Assembly: GCA_013166835.1 (NCBI GenBank)
Contig: JABLTI010000024.1
Location: forward strand, 1-31,448
Direction: 5' to 3'
From: Promethearchaeati archaeon
GTDB lineage: Archaea; Asgardarchaeota; Heimdallarchaeia; JABLTI01
Length of the DNA stretch: 31,448 nucleotides
Shown: positions 1 to 9,497 of the stretch, piece after piece
Layout: every line of letters starts with the position of its first letter
Position numbering within the stretch: position 1 is the first letter of the stretch
The notes under the pieces: model-generated
The model's input: only the letters and a program-made list of their open reading frames with translations
Database searches by the model: none
Told to the model about the DNA's origin: nothing
Position numbers and translations under genes: made by a program

Positions 1-897
1 CCATATATCACTGATGAAATTTTATCACAAGCAGTTCCAAAAGCAGGAGGAAAACTCAAATTAGTAATTATTCCCTGGACTGGAGTTGATAGATTAGATT
101 TTGACTTGGTGAAAAAATACTCTTTGGTGGTTGCAAATAGTCATGGAAATGCTCGAACTGTAGCTGAACATGCAATTGCCCTTTTATTAACAGCATCAAA
201 GAATATTATACATCATGATAGATTAATGCGAATCGGAGATTGGAGTTCAAGATTTACAAAAATGCCATCCATCAAACTACAAGGAAAAACAGTGGGATTA
301 CTTGGTTATGGTGCGATAGGAATGGAATGTGCAATACTTCTGAAAAATTTTGATGTCAAATTCATAGGTTGTCGTAGAGATCCAGCAAAATCAACAAAAG
401 AACAGAAAGAATTAGCAGAAAAAATCTATTCAATAGATGATCTTGAGAAATTCTTACAAGAATCAGATATAATCATAAATTCCTTGCCTTTAACAAAAGA
501 TACTCGAGATATTCTTGGGGAAAAAGAATTCACTCAAATGAAAGATGGAGTAATTATTGTTAATGTTGGTCGAGGTCACACAATTCACGAGAAAGCGTTC
601 TACGATGCTGTCAAAAGTGGAAAAGTATTCGCAGCAGGAATAGACCCACAATGGAATTACCCAGCAAGAACTGCTGTTCCTAGAAGATCAGATGGAGGAA
701 CAGACTCAATAGAAGAAACATATCCCTCAGAATATCCAATTCATGAATTTGATAATGTTGTTTTGAGTCCTCATCGAGCAGCACATATAACAATGGGGTA
801 TGAACGAGGGCACTGGCAAGATGTAATAGAAAATATCATTACAATCTATGAGGGTAAAGAACCAATTAATGTTGTAGATATTGATAAAGAATACTAA
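1..897 (+). CDS. D-isomer-specific 2-hydroxyacid dehydrogenase (5'-truncated by the window edge)
   Basis: Frame is open from base 1 (PYITDEILSQAVPKAGGKLKLVIIPWTGVDRLD...), so the ORF-track start at 106 is not the real start. Rossmann GLLGYGAIG, NVGRG (catalytic Arg) and SPHRAA (catalytic His) are present. Confidence 0.9.
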   Translation, partial: PYITDEILSQAVPKAGGKLKLVIIPWTGVDRLDFDLVKKYSLVVANSHGNARTVAEHAIALLLTASKNIIHHDRLMRIGDWSSRFTKMPSIKLQGKTVGLLGYGAIGMECAILLKNFDVKFIGCRRDPAKSTKEQKELAEKIYSIDDLEKFLQESDIIINSLPLTKDTRDILGEKEFTQMKDGVIIVNVGRGHTIHEKAFYDAVKSGKVFAAGIDPQWNYPARTAVPRRSDGGTDSIEETYPSEYPIHEFDNVVLSPHRAAHITMGYERGHWQDVIENIITIYEGKEPINVVDIDKEY

Positions 898-920
898 AAA
901 AAAATAAAAAATTAAGCAGC

Positions 921-3900
921 TTATACTGCTGCTTCAATTACTTTTTTCTCTTTCTTTGCTCTTCCAATCCAACTTTTTAGTATAAATTTACCAACAATGA
1001 ATTTCATTAGTTCCATTAATGCAGCAGCACCCACACAAATAGCAATAAGTAACAACCATGCATAACCATTCATTATCATTGAATCAAAAATCGTATTATG
1101 GATACCTACAGTGAAAGGTGATACTGGAGCTAATGGTTGCATAGGTACATAAATAGCAATCATTTGTAGGCTCATAGCTAAACCGATGGAACCCCATAAC
1201 CAAGGATTATTGACTGGATTTATCGTGAATGTAGAACGTTCAAAACCAGATCGAGTTATGAAAACATTGAACATCTCAAAAACAATTGACATTGTGAAAT
1301 TTAATGTTCTTGCATGGGCATACCAAGCTTCAGAAGACAAAGCTGTTAAACTACTTTCGTGAGTAAAGGTGAGAGCAAATGACTTCATCCATTGTGGAAC
1401 ATTGATTAATTCTGCGTTTATTACTCCGAGATCAGCTCCGGTAATCTCACCACTAGCATTTAATATTTCACCAACAGAAACTGCTTCTCCTACATAGGCT
1501 AAGGGGACAAATACAATCATACTTGAAGCAAAAGCTAAAATTCCAGCAATGATTGAAAAAATATAAATATCTTTCATAAAGCCTTCATCTTTCTTTCTTG
1601 GAGGTTGACGCATGATGTCAGAAAGAGGTGGATCAACACTCAGGGCAATTGCTGGAAGCCCATCAGTAACTAAATTAATCCAAAGAATTTGTATGGCAGT
1701 ATAAGGTGATTTTAATCCTAAGAAAACAACACAAACAAAAACAGTCAATATTTCATCAAAGTTAGAAGCAATAAGGTACCGAATAAATTTAAGCATATTT
1801 TGGAAAATAGTACGACCTCTATGAACAGCATCAACAATGGTAGCAAAATTATCATCAGCTAAAACCATTTGAGCTGCTTCTCGAGTAACATCGGTTCCTT
1901 GAATACCCATGGCTATACCAATTCACCAGTTGTTGCTACTGTATGTCCCTTTTCTTGGAATGTACTTACAATTCGGTGTTTGTGCTCTGGACTAACTCGA
2001 GCAAATATTTTAACATCGTCAATAATTTCGAGTAAATCCTTATCAGCCATCTCTTCTAATTCTGTTCCAATTATTGTGATCCAATTATCTCCCTCGATTA
2101 ATCCTATGTCTTTAGCAATTGCCTCTGCAGTAATCTTTTGATCGCCAGTGACCATCACTGTCTTAATACCTGCAGTTTTACATTTAAGTAAGGCATCATG
2201 TACCTCTGGTCTTGCTGGATCAATCATTCCTACTAAACCTAGGAAAATAAGATTGGATTCTATGTTCTCTTCTTGTTCAGTTAAGAAATCATCTTCATCA
2301 ACATCAATAAGTCGTTCATCAACGACTCTGTAAGCAACTGCTAGTACTCGTAAAGCTCTTGAAGCCATATCATTATTGAGTTCCAAAACTTTATTTCTAT
2401 GGTCATCATCAATAGGTAAAACTTGTCCATTTATTGATGCAAAATTACACCTTTCAATTATTACTGGTGGCGAACCCTTTGTGTAAGCAATTAAATCTTC
2501 TTCGTATTCTTCTCTTTCCAATTGTCGATTAACTGTTGTCATTCTCTTTCTTTGTGAATCAAAAAATATCTCAATTTGTCTAGGGAAATTATCTTCATCA
2601 TAAAATCCTGCTTTCCTTGCTAAAACATAAAGCGCAACTTCTGTTGGATCACCAATTACTTCTATCTCTTGGGTGTCTTTATCATAATTCACTCTTGCAT
2701 TATTGCATAAAAGTGCAGTTCGCAATATTTTTTCTAATTCAATATCCTTGCGAGGATCCAATTCTTTACCCTTTTCTAAGAATTCTCCTTCTGGAACATA
2801 TCCTGCACCTGTAATTGCAAATTTGTGATCAATTGTTTGAATTTCTGTAACTGTCATTTCATTCTTAGTCAATGTTCCTGTCTTGTCACTGCAAATTACA
2901 TCTACAATACCAAGAGTCTCAACTGCAGGTAATCTTGAAACGATTGCATTACGTTTAGCCATCATTCTAACGCCTATAGCATATGTTAGAGTAATTGCTG
3001 CGGGTAATCCTTCAGGCACTGCTGAGACTGCTAGAGCAAGAGCAGTTTCAAGAGCTTCTACCCATCCTTCCATGTTACCATGTTCTAAGTAATGTTTAAC
3101 AATAACAGTTGTAAAAACAATAGCACAAATAACAACGATAATTATGCCTAGAATCTTTCCTAATTTGTCAAGATTCTTCTGTAAAGGAGTTGGTTCTTCT
3201 TTTTCTTTTTGCATTAAAGCAGCAATTTTACCCATTTCAGTTTCCATGCCAATATCTACAACTACTGCTTTAGCTCTACCATAGGTGATTGTTGTTCCCA
3301 TGAAGAGCATATTCCTCCTATCACCTATAACCGCATTAACTTCAATAATTTGTTTTGCACTTTTGCTTAAACTAATTGATTCCCCGGTAAGAGCACTTTC
3401 ATCAACTTTAAGACTTGTAGATTCAATTAAACGCATATCAGCTGGAACTTTTTCACCTGCTTCAATTAAAACTATGTCTCCGATTGTGAGTTCTTTCGAA
3501 TCCACAATATGTTCGTTTCCATCACGAATTATTCGAACTTCTTTACTGACCATTTTTTTAAGCTCTTCAAGAGATCTCTCAGCTTGATATTCTTGAACAA
3601 AACCAATTAAGCCATTTATAAGAACAATAGCAAATATAACGATTGCATCAATATAGTCTTCGAAAATCATAGAGACAATTGCTGCAATGAAAAGAAGTCC
3701 TATTAAAACATCAATAAATTGTCTAAGAAGCAAAACAATTGGATGTGTCTTACCCTTTTCTACAAGCACATTTAAACCATATTGATCTGTCCGGCATTGA
3801 GCTTCAAAATTAGTTAATCCTTGAAATTGATCTGTGTCTATAATATTGATAACTTCACCTGTGTCCATTGCATGATAAGCAACATCTTGTTCTACTTCAT

Positions 3901-3952
3901 CAAGACAAGCATCCAATTCTTCATTTTTGTTTTTTCTCTTGAACATGGGCAT
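921..3952 (-). pseudogene. P2A (SERCA-like) Ca2+-transporting P-type ATPase, split into ORFs 1913..3952 and 921..1910 by a frameshifting deletion
   Basis: Motifs TGES, AVPEGL, CSDKTGTLT, KGSP, MIDPAR, MVTGD, FARVSPEHK, then IGIAMGIQGTDV..LADDNFATIV, ASNFDE and WINLVTDGLPA. The minus-strand junction reads ACT GGT GA|ATT GGT ATA GCC ATG, so the DGVNDAPALKxAD segment is absent. Could be an assembly error rather than a true pseudogene. Confidence 0.85.
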
Positions 3953-3975
3953 CCGTCTTTTTGATTTTCAGTTTA

Positions 3976-4032
3976 CAGATGTGAAACATCTGGGAAGATT
4001 AAATATATAAAAGTGAGCGACAATCTCACTTT
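3976..4032 (-). promoter_or_regulatory. Putative promoter of the P-type ATPase: TATA box flanked by two inverted repeats
   Basis: Minus-strand TTTTATATATTT at 4001-4012. Dyads CAGATGT-gaa-ACATCTG (3976-3992) and AAAGTGAG-N7-CTCACTTT (4010-4032). Confidence 0.5.
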
Positions 4033-4059
4033 ATAATAATTTTGGCAGTTTTCTGTTTT

Positions 4060-4731
4060 TCATATTTCTTGATGAACATACTCAATAAATTTCTCAACCA
4101 AATTTAGTCCAGAAATTATAGCGCTTTTCCTTGCCATTTCGAGTTTAGTTGCTCCAACGATTAGTATGTAGTTCTTTGGTTGTAAATACTCTTCAATATC
4201 TATAATAAATTCTGTTTCAAATTCAGGGAAGTAATTCTCAATCTTAATATCTTCTTCTGGAAATTGAATTTTTCCATCAGAATTAACCTCTAGGAAGAGG
4301 ATTGCATCTCCTCCATATGAAATTGCTATATCTCTTAATTTCCAAGAAGGTTTAATTATCACTTCATTTTGTTCTAGATTTTTTTCATCTGTAGTCAATA
4401 ACACAAAATAATGTTGTTTTGCTGGGAAAACTTCTTGGTCACATTTATCATGTTTTAGAATTAACTTGGTTATTTGATTAACAAATTCCTTTCCTTTTTT
4501 AGCCAAGTTATGACCGGATCTTCCTGCTTTCGCTTCAAGTAATCCTTTCTTTTTACAGTAATTTAATAGTGATTTTGTACTGCTATCTGAAAGTTTGAGC
4601 TCAGTCTGCAATTTATATCTGCCCATGGGATTTTCTTTAATGAGTAAAAGAGCTGTTACAAGATCACTGTCTGTAAATTCTGCTCGAGCACCCCTTTCAC
4701 CAGTTTTAATCCAATGAACAACTTCAGACAA
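4060..4731 (-). CDS. Winged-HTH protein, DUF4443 / PH0730-like archaeal family
   Basis: N-terminal wHTH pattern PMGRYKLQTELKLSDSSTKSLLNYCKKKGLL...GHNLAKKG and C-terminal LRDIAISYGGDAILFL, both resembling this family. TTG start. Confidence 0.65.
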   Translation of the reverse strand: MSEVVHWIKTGERGARAEFTDSDLVTALLLIKENPMGRYKLQTELKLSDSSTKSLLNYCKKKGLLEAKAGRSGHNLAKKGKEFVNQITKLILKHDKCDQEVFPAKQHYFVLLTTDEKNLEQNEVIIKPSWKLRDIAISYGGDAILFLEVNSDGKIQFPEEDIKIENYFPEFETEFIIDIEEYLQPKNYILIVGATKLEMARKSAIISGLNLVEKFIEYVHQEI

Positions 4732-4735
4732 TTAA

Positions 4736-5431
4736 TTATTCCTCTTTCTTTTGAGTTGATTCTGTTAATTCAGACCAACACATTATTGTTTTCACTAGTT
4801 GATTAGCTTTTGACTTTCTTAAAGGATAAGCTCGAATCCAAAACTCTTTCTCATTTGAAACAACTTGAATGATTTCTACCCCAAACCTCAATATACCCCC
4901 AATTCTAATAAGATAGAAATAAAAACTGTATTTTGCTATTACTTCAGCTATATTTTGGTTAGTTATAGTATTCCACCAGAAAACGTTTCTCCATTTGATT
5001 TCTGTTTGGGTTATGTCTATTTTGTAAGTTACAGCACAAAGGAGTCTAATTATTGAGTAAAGATAAATCAAGGAGCCAAGAAACATTAAGATACTTGCAC
5101 CTAGTACAACATAAACAACAGAGGAATATGAATCACCAAGAAAAATTATTCCTGGAACAAAAAAAGCAGAACCTAAAAGTAATAATGGGAGAAACTGAAC
5201 TACAAGAAACAAAAGAATATCTTTCAAATCAACATTATAATTCAGACCATTTTTGATTTGTTGAATAATCTCTATTTTCTCTTTTTCATTGATTTCCTGC
5301 TTTACAGCCCTTTTTTCATCTTGTTTAATTCGCTTATCATCAATTTCGCTTATCCCCTCTCCAGCAAGTATATTTTCTTTGAAAACACGTTTTCTCTTAT
5401 CATTTTCTACCTGTTTTTCAGATTCATTCAT
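4736..5431 (-). CDS. Membrane protein: charged N-terminus, two TM helices, possible bacterial-PH-like C-terminal domain
   Basis: Two hydrophobic segments followed by the beta-rich YKIDITQTEIKWRNVFWWNTITNQNIAEV, resembling bPH-type domains. Confidence 0.55.
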   Translation of the reverse strand: MNESEKQVENDKRKRVFKENILAGEGISEIDDKRIKQDEKRAVKQEINEKEKIEIIQQIKNGLNYNVDLKDILLFLVVQFLPLLLLGSAFFVPGIIFLGDSYSSVVYVVLGASILMFLGSLIYLYSIIRLLCAVTYKIDITQTEIKWRNVFWWNTITNQNIAEVIAKYSFYFYLIRIGGILRFGVEIIQVVSNEKEFWIRAYPLRKSKANQLVKTIMCWSELTESTQKKEE

Positions 5432-5585
5432 CCAAATTTCCTCTAGTAAATTAATTGCAGTAAATTCATCTACCTATTATTAACAAGAAGTAGTTTTAGA
5501 ATATTCCGTTTTTCTCATACGTAAGATAACTTAATAAAAGATAAGAAAAATCAAGTGTATTTGTGTTATTGGTGAAGGTGAAACA

Positions 5586-5843
5586 ATGGAAACACACCAG
5601 CATCCAGAAGATAAGTATTACTTCATAACCGATGAAGAACGTTGTAAAGGTTGTGGGCTATGCATAGAATTTTGCCCTAAGGATTGCCTTGGATTTTCAG
5701 ACGAAATCAATGAAAAGGGTTGGCGAGTAGCAAAAATGCATCGCATGAAAGATTGCATCAAATGCTATATGTGTGAAAGAATGTGTCCAGATTTTGCGAT
5801 TTATGTAAATGAGGTTGAATCAGCAGAAAAAGCTGAGACATAA
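5586..5843 (+). CDS. korD: 2x[4Fe-4S] ferredoxin, delta subunit of 2-oxoacid:ferredoxin oxidoreductase
   Basis: CKGCGLCIEFCP and CIKCYMCERMCP; SD GGTGA upstream; first gene of the operon. Confidence 0.88.
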   Translation: METHQHPEDKYYFITDEERCKGCGLCIEFCPKDCLGFSDEINEKGWRVAKMHRMKDCIKCYMCERMCPDFAIYVNEVESAEKAET

Positions 5844-5874
5844 ATAATAATCAATGCTTTAGGAGTAGAAACAA

Positions 5875-7047
5875 GTGGTCGTAGAAAAACAACAACAAAA
5901 GGTTTTGACTGGAACTTATTTTAAAAATGGTAATTGGGCAATTATAGAGGGAGCTATCGCAAGTGGTATTGCAGAATTTTTTGCTTATCCAATTTCTCCT
6001 GCATCTGAAATCGTAGAATACGTTACATATAGGCTTCCAGCAGTCGGTGGGAAAGCAGCTTTTATTGTTGAGGATGAAATTGCTTCTATTAATATGTGTA
6101 TTGGAGCATCTTGGGCTGGTTCAAAAGTACTCACTGCAACATCTGGACCAGGTTTTTCATTAAAGCAAGAAGGACTTGGGCTGGCATACATGACAGAAAC
6201 TCCCTTAGTATGTGTAAATATTATGAGAGGAGGACCATCTACAGGATTACCTACTTTTTCTGCACAAGGAGATTATATACAGGCACAGTTTGGTTCTCAT
6301 GGAGATTATCCCGCAATTGCTCTCACTCCTTGGTCTGTACAAGAGTGTTTCGATTTGACGATTGAGGCTTTCAATATTTCTGAGCAATTACGATCACCAG
6401 TTATATTCTTAGCGGATGGGGAAGTTGGGAGAATGATGGAACCAATAACTATACCTGCAGAAAAAGACATTGTAGTAATAGATCGAAAACAACCACCCAA
6501 AAATACTGACAAGTCAAAATTCAAGCAATATGATGTTTCTGGACAAGATGATCTTGTTCCACCGATGGCTCATTTTGGTGATGGTTACAAAATTTTTGGA
6601 ACTGGATTAACTCATACTGAAGATGGATTGCCTAAACTAGATGAAGACTTGCACATTGAATTGATTACTAGATTATACAAGAAATTAGAAGTAAACAAAC
6701 ATCTCTTTCCGGAACCTTATACCTATGAAATTGAGGATGCAGAGATTGTAGTGATTGCTACAGGTATTACTGCAAGAGCAGGTTTACAAGCAGTTATGAA
6801 CGCGAGAGATCAAGGGATAAAAGCAGGCTTATATAGGCCAATAACTGTCTGGCCATTTCCAAAAGATGACATAGAGAAAATCGCTCAAAAAGCAGAAATT
6901 ATTGTTGCTGAAATGAGCATGGGACAACTAATTTGGCCAGTGGAACGTTTTGCAAAGAAGAATTGCACACTTGTGACAAGAATTGGTGGTACGCCACCCG
7001 AACCCAAGAAAATCTTGGATTCAATAAGAAAGCTAGTAAAGAAGTGA
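5875..7047 (+). CDS. korA: 2-oxoacid (2-oxoglutarate-type):ferredoxin oxidoreductase alpha subunit
   Basis: YPISPASE, EDEIAS, TATSGPGFSLKQE, MRGGPSTGLPT, GSHGDYP; GTG start with AGGAG SD. Substrate specificity is inferred. Confidence 0.9.
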   Translation: MVVEKQQQKVLTGTYFKNGNWAIIEGAIASGIAEFFAYPISPASEIVEYVTYRLPAVGGKAAFIVEDEIASINMCIGASWAGSKVLTATSGPGFSLKQEGLGLAYMTETPLVCVNIMRGGPSTGLPTFSAQGDYIQAQFGSHGDYPAIALTPWSVQECFDLTIEAFNISEQLRSPVIFLADGEVGRMMEPITIPAEKDIVVIDRKQPPKNTDKSKFKQYDVSGQDDLVPPMAHFGDGYKIFGTGLTHTEDGLPKLDEDLHIELITRLYKKLEVNKHLFPEPYTYEIEDAEIVVIATGITARAGLQAVMNARDQGIKAGLYRPITVWPFPKDDIEKIAQKAEIIVAEMSMGQLIWPVERFAKKNCTLVTRIGGTPPEPKKILDSIRKLVKK

Positions 7048-7055
7048 AGTGGAAG

Positions 7056-7964
7056 ATGGCGGAAAAAAGTAAAGAAATTGATAAAAGCTCGATAATCAAA
7101 AGACCTCCAATAGAGCTCAAACATCCTCAGGATGCATTGTTAAGAAAGAAGGCAATACCAACGATCTATTGTCCAGGATGTGGTATAGGAACTACTATAC
7201 ATGCGTTTCTAGAAGCAATAACAAAATACAGTCAAATTCCACATGACCAAATTTTCGTTGTTAGTGGAATTGGGTGCACAGGGAGAGCAAGTGGCTACAT
7301 CAATTTGGATGGTTTCCATTCTATTCATGGGAGAGCAATACCTTTTGCTTCTGGTGTAGATATCGCAAAACCTCCATTAAAACCAGTTGTAATTTCCGGA
7401 GACGGAGATTTGTTCTCCATAGGTTTAGGCCATCTAGCTCATGCTGCGAGAAGAAATACCGATATGACTGTAATTTGTATCAATAATGCTATCTATGGTT
7501 TAACCGGAGGTCAAGATGCACCTACAACACCAGTTGGAGCAAAAACCAGATCTACCCCTTATGGAAAGATTTCATTTCCATTTAATCTATCTCACATTAC
7601 CATCGCCAATGGAGCTACTTTTTGTGCACGATATACTGTTTATGAGTTTGTACAATTATCAAAAGCGATTGGAAGAGCAATGAATCACCAAGGATTTTCA
7701 TTTATTGAAGTTATTTCAAATTGTCATGTAAATTTTGGTAGAAGAAATAACCTAGGGGATTCAATTGCTATGCGACAGATGTTCAAGAAAGCTCGTGTTA
7801 GAATAAATGAAGAGGATATTGGTTTTAACTGGCACAAAACCGATATTGAATATGTAGTTGGTAAAGGATTTACTAAGATCCCTACAGGTGTCTTTCTAAA
7901 TGAGAAAGATGAACCAGAAGAATTTTCGGAGCGAATAACTGATGCCTACGAATTCAAAAAGTAA
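7056..7964 (+). CDS. korB: 2-oxoacid:ferredoxin oxidoreductase beta subunit (TPP-binding)
   Basis: CPGCG, SGIGC, HGRA, SGDGD, NNAIYGLTGGQ. Start moved from 6933 to ATG 7056 (MAEKSK), 8 nt after the korA stop. Confidence 0.9.
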   Translation: MAEKSKEIDKSSIIKRPPIELKHPQDALLRKKAIPTIYCPGCGIGTTIHAFLEAITKYSQIPHDQIFVVSGIGCTGRASGYINLDGFHSIHGRAIPFASGVDIAKPPLKPVVISGDGDLFSIGLGHLAHAARRNTDMTVICINNAIYGLTGGQDAPTTPVGAKTRSTPYGKISFPFNLSHITIANGATFCARYTVYEFVQLSKAIGRAMNHQGFSFIEVISNCHVNFGRRNNLGDSIAMRQMFKKARVRINEEDIGFNWHKTDIEYVVGKGFTKIPTGVFLNEKDEPEEFSERITDAYEFKK

Positions 7965-8550
7965 GAATTGTGATATTAATATAATGATTAGAGGAATAGG
8001 CGGCCAAGGAGTCAAACTAGCTGGAACAATAATTGGTCAAGCAGCAATTCTCGATGGACGCTCAGCGGTACAAAGTACGAAGTATGGCTCAGCAATTACT
8101 GGAGGAGAAACTCGAAGCGAAATTAAAGTCTCTACTAAGAAGATAATTTATCCAAGAATAACTGATATTGATGTTTATGTTGCATTAACCCTTGATGATC
8201 TAGAAAATTATTTTGAATCGATGATTTATATAACTGCAGTTGAAGTTGCGAAAAGAATCCCAAATCCAATTAAAGAAAAAATCATACTTGCTCCTATGAT
8301 TGAAATTGCTGAGGAAGCAGGTAACATGAAAGCTATGAATATGGTTCTACTAGGGATTCTTAATCAACTCTTTAATTTGGCATCTCCTGGAGCATTTATT
8401 GGGGCAATAAAAGCACTTACTGATCAACGATTCCATGATGTAAATATAAAAGCGTTTGAGAAAGGCTTCGCTCTTGATTTACACAAATACAATTCCGAAG
8501 AGAAACTAATACTAGCTGATGTCTGTCGAATAAAAGAACAAAAAGAATAA
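7942..8550 (+). CDS. korC: 2-oxoacid:ferredoxin oxidoreductase gamma subunit
   Basis: GIGGQGVKLAG, YGSAITGGETRSEI, NMVLLG, NIKAFEKG. Exact start is uncertain (7942 or 7984). Confidence 0.88.
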   Translation: MPTNSKSKNCDINIMIRGIGGQGVKLAGTIIGQAAILDGRSAVQSTKYGSAITGGETRSEIKVSTKKIIYPRITDIDVYVALTLDDLENYFESMIYITAVEVAKRIPNPIKEKIILAPMIEIAEEAGNMKAMNMVLLGILNQLFNLASPGAFIGAIKALTDQRFHDVNIKAFEKGFALDLHKYNSEEKLILADVCRIKEQKE

Positions 8551-8565
8551 AAAAAAAGAGAATAA

Positions 8566-9375
8566 TTAATCTCTTCCAAGTGTTCTAGTCTTATTTCTCA
8601 ATTGAACTCCTTCATGGTCAGGATAGATTTTTGCCATACGTTCAAGTTCTTCTTCTAATTCCACAACGACATCTACGTACTTCTCATCTTTTGCAAATGC
8701 ATTCATAGCAGTAATGATTCCATTAGCTCTTTGTAAAATAAAGTCTTCATCATTTGGATGTTCATCTGTTAAAGCCATTAGCTCATCTAGAAGTGGTATT
8801 GCGGGTTCATATTCCCCATTTCTACTGAGATAACCCATTGAATTCACTAATCCTTTAGAAAGACATAATTGTATTTCATGATTCTCTTTGTGAGTATTAG
8901 CTAAATCCAAAAGCTCTTGAATTATTTCCTTTACTGGTTCCAAAAGCTTGCGTTGTCCAAAATTAATAATCGAATTGACCAGACCTCCTGCTAAGGATCG
9001 CTGACAATTCATATTCATTGGATAGGTTTTCGCAAACAAGCGAAGTTCTTCTAGTCTCTCGAACATTGTATCATATTTATGTTTCTTCATTAAATAAGAC
9101 ATTGAGTTTGCTATAGCTGTCGCAAAGAGATTCTGTATTTGAGTCATTTGACCATATTCTTTTACAAGCTCTCTGAAACGCTCAAGAACTAATGCGATAC
9201 CTTCAGGCGAGCCAGACATGCCAAAAATCGTAATATTTATCTCAAGTTTTTTTGCATAACGCAGAATTGCCATTTCATCATCTGGATCTTTCTTAATTTC
9301 ATCAAGATAAACATCCAGTTCAGCGTTAGTTTTATCGAAGAATTCCTGTTTTTTCTTCTCATCATCATCTGTCAT
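8566..9375 (-). CDS. Alpha-solenoid protein with five 44-45 aa TPR-like repeats
   Basis: Repeats such as MNCQRSLAGGLVNSIINFGQRKLLEPVKEIIQELLDLANTHKEN and HEIQLCLSKGLVNSMGYLSRNGEYEPAIPLLDELMALTDEHPND; AGGAG SD. Confidence 0.7.
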   Translation of the reverse strand: MTDDDEKKKQEFFDKTNAELDVYLDEIKKDPDDEMAILRYAKKLEINITIFGMSGSPEGIALVLERFRELVKEYGQMTQIQNLFATAIANSMSYLMKKHKYDTMFERLEELRLFAKTYPMNMNCQRSLAGGLVNSIINFGQRKLLEPVKEIIQELLDLANTHKENHEIQLCLSKGLVNSMGYLSRNGEYEPAIPLLDELMALTDEHPNDEDFILQRANGIITAMNAFAKDEKYVDVVVELEEELERMAKIYPDHEGVQLRNKTRTLGRD

Positions 9376-9497
9376 AGACTTATCTCCTTATCTCTTAAAT
9401 GCCAAACCAGAATAAATACAAATGAATCCCAATAGCTGATATTAATCTGCCAAATATGCATTTATACTTTTAAAGTATTTTGGATATAATATTTTTT

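Noticed and set aside
1908-1930. Programmed ribosomal frameshift, stop read-through (Pyl/Sec) or an intron explaining the split ATPase
   Set aside because: Coding sequence is missing rather than extra or merely shifted, so recoding or splicing could not restore DGVNDAPAL. No slippery heptamer is present at the junction.
6933-7055. N-terminal 41 aa of the ORF-track korB
   Set aside because: Overlaps the korA 3' end; ATG 7056 just after the korA stop is the more plausible start.
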